From NCBI RefSeq assembly GCF_030684315.1, contig NC_081397.1, positions 11,990,421-12,054,420 of the forward strand: DNA of 64,000 bases. Reading direction: 5' to 3'. The stretch comes from Stegostoma tigrinum (lineage: Eukaryota). The position numbers and the translations under genes were made by a program. Shown piece by piece: positions 55,064-64,000 of this stretch (position 1 is the first letter of the stretch; each line of letters begins with the position of its first letter). Under the pieces are notes generated by a model that saw nothing but the letters and a program-made list of their open reading frames with translations, ran no database searches and had not been told where the DNA came from.

Positions 55064-55183
55064 TTACTTGTGTGGAATATTCTCGTAAACATTTCCATCC
55101 GCTCTGTCTTCTTCCTCTGAGAGCTCGCTGAGGTTCAGTGTGGCGTATGTGATACAGGAATCATTGGGGTCAGGCTTGGCATC
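55064..55183 (-). CDS. Immunoreceptor tail, terminal exon (DAKPDPNDSCITYATLNLSELSEEEDRADGNVYENIPHK*)
   Basis: Pyrimidine-rich acceptor ...ttgcAG, phase 0; ITIM ITYATL and VYENI; TAA at 55064-55066. Confidence 0.85.
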   Translation of the reverse strand, partial: DAKPDPNDSCITYATLNLSELSEEEDRADGNVYENIPHK

Positions 55184-56249
55184 CTGCAATTGGAATGATA
55201 TTGGAATGGAATTGGAATTGAGTGGGAGCAGGAAGGTGAAGAGGTGAGAGAGGCCATTTGTAGTTAAAGGTAGGAGTGGATATCAGTGGGAAACAGGAAT
55301 CACCAACAGGAAGTTCAGTGCCACAAGTTAGGAATCTGGGTAGTGCAGTGGTAATTTCCCTACCTCTGAGCCAGGAGGCTGGGGGTCAAGTCCCACCTGT
55401 GCCTGAGGTGTGCCATACAGATGATAAAAGTGGGAAGGTGATGTCAGAGCTGTACAGGACTTTGGTGAGGCTGCAGCTGGAGCACTGTGTGCAGTTCCAG
55501 TCTCCGCACTATAGTAAGGATGTAATTGCACTGGAGGGGGTGCAGAGGGATATTCACCAAGATATTGCCTGGGTCAGAACATTTCACCAGTGAAGTGAGG
55601 CTGGACAGGCTCAGGTCGATGCTTGGAGCAGAAAAGGCTGAAAGGGCTTTTGATTTGTTTCCATTCACTCAGGGACATTGGCATTGCTGGCTGGGCCCAG
55701 CATTTGTTGCCCTGTCCCTAGCTGCCCTCTTGAGAAGGTGGTATTGAGCCGCCTTCTTGAGCTGCTCCAGCCCCATTTCCTGTAGGTTGACTCACAATGC
55801 GCTTCAGGAGGGAACTCCAGGATTTTCACCCAGTGACACTGAAAGAACAGCCAATGTATTTCCAAGTTGGGATGGTGAGCGGCTTGGAGGGGAACACACA
55901 AGGGGTGGTGTAGCCATGTATCCGCTGCCCGTGTCCTTCTGGATGGATGTGGCTGTGGGTTAGGAAGGTGCCGTCTGGGGATCTTTGGGAAATTTCTGTT
56001 GTGTATCTTGTAGATGGTACATACTGTAGCTACCAATTGGGTGTGAATGACAATGAACTGGCAACTATTTAATGTCACGGTCAGTGATGTTTTAATTCTG
56101 TACAGGAGTAACTGGAACACCAACACCAGTAATGCCACAAGTTTGAAACTCACTTATCCCCAGGCACTGGAAGTGGAATGTGAAACAGTGAGTGACCTAC
56201 TCCATTGATAAAGCATTGCTGGATATTTCCCACTGTGTTTAAAGGCAGG

Positions 56250-57020
56250 CACAAAGCTGGGGGTGAGGGGAGCTGTGAAGGAGGCTACAGGATGCTTCAG
56301 TGTGATTTGGACAATTCAGTAAGTGGCAGCTAATGTAGATCAGCATGAGGTTAACCAACTGAGAGCAAAAACAGGAAGGTGGTGATTATCCAAACAGTGA
56401 TGGAATGGGAGTGGGGGAGGTGCAATGAGACCTGCGTGTCCCCCGTACATCAATCGCTGAAAGTGAGTATCGCAGGGGCAGCGGGTGGTGAAGGAGGCAA
56501 ATGAGATGCCGGCCTTCAAGCGAGAGGGTTCGAGCCCAGGAGCCGGGATATCTTGCTGCAATTGTACAGGGTGAGACCAAACCCTGGAGTATTGTGTGTG
56601 CAGTTTGGGGTCTCCTTATCTGAGAAAGGATGTTCTGGCTATGGAGGGAGTGCAGTGAAGGTTTCACAGACTGATTCCTGGGATGGCAGGATGGACACAT
56701 GAAGAGAGACTGGATTGGCTAGGATTATATTCACTGCAGTTTAGGCGAATAAGGGAAGAATCTCATAGAAATCTGTAAAATTCTAACAGGACTAAATACG
56801 GTAAATACTGGAAGGATGTTCCTAGTGACTGGGAGGAAGTCAAGAACCAGGGGTCACAATATAAAGGAGATAGGTAAGGACTGAGATGAGGCGAAATGTC
56901 TTCACCAAGAGAGTGGGATCCTTGTGGGATTCTCTGCGACAGAACGCAGTCAGGACCAGAAAATTGAATGGGGAGAGCAGGCTGGAATGGCTGAATGGCC
57001 GACTCCAGCTCCTAATTTGT
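56250..57020 (+). mobile_element. CR1 LINE 3' fragment
   Basis: Decayed CR1 ORF2 C-terminus. Confidence 0.8.
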
Positions 57021-57149
57021 AAGGTATTTCCTGTGATCAGTCTGATATGAACCAATAGTTAATGTTTTACTGCGCGGATGTAAGTTATAAATTACCTGCA
57101 CTTCCTGTGGCAATAGCTGTGGTCTATTTAGGCTTAAAATGTAACATAC

Positions 57150-57184
57150 CTCCTTCCCATTCGAGGAGAAACCAACACTGCTGC
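57150..57184 (-). CDS. Immunoreceptor tail, 35-nt exon (GSSVGFSSNGKE), phase 1 to 0
   Basis: ctgttttattttcAG|...GAG|GTATGT; phases fit both neighbouring exons. Confidence 0.8.
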
Positions 57185-58397
57185 CTGAAAATAAAACAGA
57201 CTAAGTTGAGAAGGAACTCTTTGGAGACATTGACGATTCAATTTGGACGAATTGAAGGCTGATCAACATTAAAGATGTAACTGAATCTTTCAAAAGCATG
57301 GCTGTGTTTTTATATTGGTGCAATGCTTAATAAATTGTCCTCCTCAATCAGCCCAGAAACTTCAGAAGATTGCATTTAGAAACCTCGCTCTGGCTAAAGC
57401 CTACAATTTGCATTCAGGTCAATCACACAGCGGGTCAGTTTTTTAGGATGCAGGTCATTGCAACATCTTCAGCAGGCCGCCTTAATCTTATCAGCCTTTG
57501 CATGACTCGCCCTGTTGTTATACATGAAAACGACAAGAGTGAACCATACAGATAACGTCCATTTGGGTTTTAGAGTCACACAGCATGCAAACAGACCCTT
57601 TGGTCCATCGAGTCCATGCCAAGCATAATCCCAAATTAAAATGGTTCCATCTGCCTGCATCTGGCCCATATCCCTCCAAACCATTTCAATTAATGTACTT
57701 AAAGTGTCCACTGTCAACTTTAATTCCTTTAAAATAAATTCAACAGTTGCTCATAAATGTAGGAATTTAGGAAAGAACACTATTTCAACTCAAGAGTTTA
57801 ATACACTTAGTCTCGTGTCAAACCATCTGAAGAACTAAACTAGACTCACCATATTGTCGACAAACACAGCAAGTCAGGCAGAACTCGGAGAAAAGGAGCA
57901 GTCAACACCTCAGGCACAACCCCCACTTCCAGCCCCGAAGAAGGGCCATACCCGAAACGCTGACCGCTGCCTCCCTCCAGACGTTGCCTGGCTTGCTGTG
58001 TTCTTCCAGCCTCCTGGTTTGTCTATCTTGGATTCCAACATCTGCAGCTTTTTTGTCTCTATACTTATCATATTAGTTGCAATGAGAAACTCTAATTTGT
58101 TCAGTTTTGTTTCATTGAAAGTCACACACCTTAGGAAAGAAACATTGTTTATTGAGAACTTACTGTATTCCAGGATTGCTTTTTATGCAAAAATAGGAAT
58201 TTGAGAATGAATGGACATCCACTCTTGGATGTTATATCTCTGCCAATGTTGTCCCTTTCAGGACAGCTTCAATAACAATGTGAACATGGTCAAAGGTAGA
58301 AGATAGAGGGTGGTTTTAGCTGTTGCATGCTGATAGTTCCAGATAGCTCAGTTGGCTAGATGGCTGGTTTTTGTCATACATTGACAAATGTATGTCA

Positions 58398-59630
58398 ATG
58401 CCTTACAAACCTTATCGAGTTTTTTGAGGATGTGACTAGGAAGGTTGATGAGGGTCGAGCTGTGGATGTGGTGTATATGGACTTCAGTAAGGCATTTGAT
58501 AAGGTTCCCCATGGAAGGCTCATTCAGAAGGTCAGGAGGAATGGGATACAGGGGAACTTAGCTGCTTGGATACAGAATTGGCTGGCCAACAGAAGACAGC
58601 GAGTGGTAGTAGAAGGAAAAGATTCTGCCTGGAAGTCAGTGGTGAGTGGGGTTCCACAGGGCTCTGTCCTTGGGCCTCTACTGTTTGTAATTTTTATTAA
58701 TGACTTGGACGAGGGAATTGAAGGATGGGTCAGCAAGTTTGCAGACGACACAAAGGTCGGAGGTGTCGTTGACAGTGTAGAGGGCTGTTGTAGGCTGCAG
58801 CGGGACATTGACAGGATGCAGAGATGGGCTGAGAGGTGGCAGATGGAGTTCAACCTGGATAAATGCGAGGTGATGCATTTTGGAAGGTCGAATTTGAAAG
58901 CTGAGTACAGGATTAAGGATAGGATTCTTGGCAGCGTGGAGGAACAGAGGGATCTTGGTGTGCAGATACATAGATCCCTTAAAATGGCCACCCAAGTGGA
59001 CAGGGTTGTTAAGAAAGCATATGGTGTTTTGGCTTTCATTAACAGGGGGATTGAGTTTAAGAGTCGTGAGATCTTGTTGCAGCTCTATAAAACTTTGGTT
59101 AGACCGCACTTGGAATACTGCGTCCAGTTCTGGGCGCCCTATTATAGGAAAGATGTGGATGCTTTGGAGAGGGTTCAGAGGAGGTTTACCAGGATGCTGC
59201 CTGGACTGGAGGGCTTATCTTATGAAGAGAGGTTGACTGAGCTCGGTCTCTTTTCATTGGAGAAAAGGAGGAGGAGAGGGGACCTAATTGAGGTATACAA
59301 GATAATGAGAGGCATAGATAGAGTCGATAGCCAGAGACTATTTCCCAGGGCAGAAATGGCTAGCACGAGGGGTCATAGTTTTAAGCTGGTTGGTGGAAAG
59401 TATAGAGGGGATGTCAGAGGCAGGTTCTTTACGCAGAGAGTTGTGAGAGCATGGAATGCGTTGCCAGCAGCAGTTGTGGAAGCAAGGTCATTGGGGTCAT
59501 TTAAGAGACTGCTGGACATGCATATGGTCACAGAAATTTGAGGGTGCATCCATGAGGATCAATGGTCGGCACAACATTGTGGGCTGAAGGGCCTGTTCTG
59601 TGCTGTACTGTTCTATGTTCTATGTTCTAT
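58398..59630 (+). mobile_element. Young 5'-truncated CR1 LINE with open RT C-terminal frame and (TTCTATG)n tail
   Basis: YMDFSKAFDKVPH, GVPQGSVLGP, FADDTK; splits a tRNA-SINE between its A-box (58344-58355) and B-box (about 59657-59669). Confidence 0.97.
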
Positions 59631-61172
59631 TACATGCCAACCCTTGCCAACAGCATGGGTACAATTCCCACACCAGCTGAGGCTACCCTGAAGGATGCTC
59701 CTTCTGAACCTCTCCCCTCTCCTGAGGCGTGGTGATTCTCTAAAAGTTAAAACACCACCCAGTTCCCCTTCACTCTCTCTCTCCTATGAAAGAGCAGGCT
59801 GGTGGCTATGTAGAACATGACCATTTACTACTCATTCCCTTCAGACAAAGGCTAGAATGTGTTTGAATTCCATTGTACACAAGGCCAACTTCAGTTCAAA
59901 TGTCCCTTGTGGGTGTTGACAGGTATCCGTGTGATAATTGTAAGTTCATCTTTCTGAGCAACAATATGACATGCGGTGCTTTTATTTTCTCTGTCATCTC
60001 AAATCAGCAGGTGGTAGCATTTTGCATATCCGCCTTGCGTATTATATGAGGAAAATGGAACTTGCTTTCTCTCTATCCATAGATGCTGCCAGACCTGCTG
60101 AGCTCCTCCAGAAATATTTGAATTTATTTCTGATGTCCAGCATCCACAGTTCTTAGTTTTAAGAGAAAATGATCTACGTCTGCCTCAGTTAAGTGTAAAA
60201 TGCATGTCCCACTGCTTATGTCACGCACAGAATGTTTCTACATGTACTAAACAGTAATTGGGAAGCGACCGCCTTCATAACACAGTCACCAACACACACG
60301 GCGATATATTTTTATTTCATTCATTCACAAGGTGTCACTGGCCAGGCCAGCATTTATTGCCCACCCCTAACTGTCTCCATTGCTGTGGGTCTGGAGTCAC
60401 ATGTCGGCCTGACCAGGTAAGGATTGCAGCTTCCTTCCCTAAAAAGCATTGGTAAATTCATTGGGCTTTTCCACAACAATTTCATGGTCATTGAACTCTG
60501 AATTCCAGATATTTATTGAATTCAAATTCTGTGGGAGGATTCAAACCCAGGTCCCCAGGACATTAGCCAGGGTCTTTGGATTAACAGTGAAGTGATAATA
60601 TAACTAGACCATACCCCTTCTGTTTGGAATAACCAGATGCGGTGCTGGATGAACACAGCAGGCCAGGCAGGGTCAGAGGAGCAAGAAAGAGGACATTTCA
60701 GGTCTGGACTCTTCTTCATTTTCTGAAACATCGGCTTTCCTGCTCCTCTGATGCTGCCCTGGCCTGCTGTGTTCATCCAGCTCCACACCTTGTTATCTCA
60801 GACTCCAGCATTGGCAGTCCCTGTTAACCATTTCTCATTGCTCTGTGTGTCTGTTCTGAGTCACTGACAACATATAAATCATCTCCAAATCCTTGACCCT
60901 ATCTGCAGGGGAATAAAGGGTCATGGCAGATCAGATCGGGGCTTGTTTCTGATTGGCTGGTTCACTGTCCATTCATTCACAAATCTGGATGTTTCTTTTG
61001 GTAGACCCTCTGTTCCCTCACACTCCTGTCACTGCAAGCACTGTGGTATTTCTCTATTTGGAACTGGCCACACACCGGCGTTTCCACAGTAACTGGGATC
61101 ATGATATTGTTGGAGCTGCAACGATCCTCTGTCTCTCTCTTAAACATAGCATTAAACAAACAAAATATTTAC

Positions 61173-61232
61173 CAGACTCTGTTCTCTTTTTGGTGGTGAC
61201 CACTGAATAAACTATATCCGCAGCGGCGTTTT
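61173..61232 (-). CDS. Immunoreceptor tail, 60-nt symmetric exon (ENAAADIVYSVVTTKKRTES), phase 1 to 1
   Basis: tttatttctttgtAG|...TG|GTAAAT; ITIM IVYSVV. Confidence 0.85.
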
Positions 61233-62060
61233 CTACAAAGAAATAAAGTGCACATGAAAAACACACATCAATCAGAGAGCAGCGCTATAATGGGCTAAAT
61301 GACACATGCAACATCAATGCACAGATTCATGGATAGATAATAAATTTCAGAGCTGGATGGACAAATTTAATCGACTGATGGACGGATAGACAGATGGATG
61401 TTTTAAGATAGAGATAGATAGCTTCTTGATTAAAAAGGGGGATCAAGGGTGATGGGAGAAGGAAGGGGAATGAGATTGACAAACACATCAGCCTTGGTCA
61501 AGTGGCACAGCTGACCTGATGGAAAGAATGGCCTAATTCTGCTCCTATATGTTAGGTCCTGTAGCCTCATTTAGATAAGAAGACGCATAGATAAATAAAT
61601 ATGCATGCAGTTAATATCCTTGGAGATCATTCAGTTCACTACAACCACTATAAAGACTGCTGTACAGGAAGCTTGCTTCCCTTCATTATCACTTGCATGG
61701 AGCACTTGTGTCTCTGAGGAGCCAAGCCTTTGTACACAATCACTCATTGTAACCAACATCAGTTGGATTTCTCAATACCAGAGTACTGCGCCCTCAGTTT
61801 CCGACATTACTTCCGATCAAATAAGCATGTTGTGTCAGGCAAAACACCCTGAAGGAGGTCCAGTCACAAGGTATTAACAGCAACAGCCGTCTGTAAAAGA
61901 CACTGGTTAAAGATAGGGGCTTATAGCTCAGCAGTAGACCCATCAGCGCATCAGGTCTGTGCTGTTCAAAAGCAACCACCTCCCTATTCTCTAATCACAT
62001 TTTCCCAGCACCTGCCTCCATATCCTTGGCATCACAAGTGCACATCTCAATCTTTCTTCA

Positions 62061-63301
62061 ATAGAACATAGAACATAGAACATAGAACAGTACAGCACAG
62101 AACAGGCCCTTCAGCCCACAATGTTGTGCCGACCATTGATCCTCATGTATGCACCCTCAAATTTCTGTGACCATATACATGTCCAGCAGTCTCTTAAATG
62201 ACCCCAATGACCTTGCTTCCACAACTGCTGCTGGCAACGCATCCCATGCTCTCACAACTCTCTGCGTAAAGAACCTGCCTCTGACATCCCCTCTATACTT
62301 TCCACCAACCAGCTTAAAACTATGACCCCTCATGCTAGCCATTTCTGCCCTGGGAAATAGTCTCTGGCTATCAACTCTATGCCTCTCATTATCTTGTATA
62401 CCTCAATTCGGTCCCCTCTCCTCCTCCTTTTCTCCAACGAAAAGAGACCGAGCTCAGTCAACCTCTCTTCATAAGATAAGCCCTCCAGTCCAGGCAGCAT
62501 CCTGGTAAACCTCCTCTGAACCCTCTCCAAAGCATCCACATCTTTCCAAAAATAGGGCACCCAGAACTGGACGCAGTATTCCAAGTGCGGTCTAACCAAA
62601 GTTTTATAGAGCTGCAACAAGATCTCACGACTCTTAAACTCAATCCCCCTGTTAATGAAAGCCAAAACACCATATGCTTTCTTAACAACCCTGTCCACTT
62701 GGGTGGCCATTTTAAGGGATCTATGTATCTGCACACCAAGATCCCTCTGTTCCTCCACGCTGCCAAGAATCCTATCCTTAATCCTGTGCTCAGCTTTCAA
62801 ATTCGACCTTCCAAAATGCATCACCTCGCATTTATCCAGGTTGAACTCCATCTGCCACCTCTCAGCCCATCTCTGCATCCTGTCAATGTCCCGCTGCAGC
62901 CTACAACAGCCCTCTACACTGTCAACGACACCTCCGACCTTTGTGTCGTCTGCAAACTTGCTGACCCATCCTTCAATTCCCTCGTCCAAGTCATTAATAA
63001 AAATTACAAACAGTAGAGGCCCAAGGACAGAGCCCTGTGGAACTCCACTCACCACTGACTTCCAGGCAGAATATTTTCCTTCTACTACCACTCGCTGTCT
63101 TCTGTTGGCCAGCCAATTCTGTATCCAAGCAGCTAAGTTCCCCTGTATCCCATTCGTCCTGACCTTCTGAATGAGCCTACCATGGGGAACCTTATCAAAT
63201 GCCTTACTGAAGTCCATATACACCATATCCACAGCTCGACCCTCAACAACCTTTCTAGTCACATCCTCAAAAAACTCGTTAAGGTTTGTAAGGCATGACC
63301 T
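62061..63301 (-). mobile_element. Young 5'-truncated CR1 LINE, near-identical inverted partner of 58398-59630; 4-nt deletion frameshift near 62375
   Basis: Almost identical translation; (CATAGAA)n at 62061-62090; inserted in an older LINE fragment with an AT duplication. Confidence 0.97.
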
Positions 63302-63917
63302 ATGTGATGAGATATTCTGCCTCTCTCACCCTGACAGGCAGTGAGTTCCAAATTCCCCATCACTGACTGGATGAAAACATTTTCCTTCACATCCCCGTCT
63401 AAACCTCCTGCCCCTTACCTTCAATCCATGTCCCCAACCCCCCGGTCATTGAGTCCTTCAAGAAGGGGTTGGGTTTCTTCCTGTCTCCCGTATGTCTGCC
63501 CCTTATCAGTTTATACACCTCAAAGAAGGAGGAGTTGGCATCTTTGAGGGTGAAAGGGATTGAAGTGTCTGCAGGAGAAAGCTGGGAACTGGGGATTGAG
63601 TCGGATGGTCAGCTGTGACACTACCCAATGGGCCGGCCAATGGGCAGGCTGAATGGCCTCCGCATTTCTCTCAGAACCAGGGACTGAGTTAGATGGTTAG
63701 CTATAATCATAATGTCTGGCAGAACAGGATAGGTGGGCTGAATGGCCTAGTCCTGTTTCCTGGCTGCTGTCCTCCCCTTCAGCCTCCACAGCTCCAAGGA
63801 AAACCACCCCATTCTAGCCCAGCTGACAGCTTGGACGATTGACCAGAATTCCTACCAGGTTATGGTGCACCGTCACTGTGTGGGGCTCTATAACCACACC
63901 GATTCAATGGCACTCAC

Positions 63918-64000
63918 CAGCATTGTGTGCTGCTCCGATTACTGCATACTCCAGGTTGCTGGCTGCTGCCACTTCACCAGAAGCTTGGGATCTATTTCCA
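63918..64000 (-). CDS. Immunoreceptor tail exon, 5' end probably beyond the window (GNRSQASGEVAAASNLEYAVIGAAHNA), ends phase 1
   Basis: Donor CTG|GTGAGT; ITIM LEYAVI; in frame with 61232. Confidence 0.8.

Noticed and set aside
58164-58178. 15-nt minus-strand microexon (xILEY) in the receptor intron
   Set aside because: Good donor but a purine-rich acceptor; not needed for frame.
58360-59541. 393-aa ORF as a host gene or autonomous LINE
   Set aside because: 5'-truncated CR1 lacking the endonuclease and RT N-terminus; its ATG comes from flanking SINE sequence.

Overview
Vertebrate genomic DNA, very probably a shark (inferred from the histone N-tails and the dense CR1, Penelope and tRNA-SINE landscape). 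It holds five intronless replication-dependent histone genes with 3' stem-loops: H1(-) isolated at 0.6-1.3 kb, then H2B(+), H2A(+), H3.2(-) and H4(-) at 18.2-23.5 kb. The ORF track misses several spliced structures that I reconstructed by hand. (1) Four phase-compatible minus-strand exons (64000..55064) encode an immunoreceptor-type cytoplasmic tail with three ITIMs and a terminal YENI motif, resembling the FCRL family; its ectodomain lies off-window. (2) A paralogous copy of its last two exons lies at 41.5 and 38.3 kb. (3) An unidentified plus-strand gene has two near-identical promoter/first-exon blocks and five diverged copies of an 82-nt second exon. Two young CR1 copies in inverted orientation bracket one ITIM exon. 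Penelope-derived repeats scatter minimal hammerhead-ribozyme motifs through the window. All splice models are inferred from sequence only, and identity figures are by-eye estimates.
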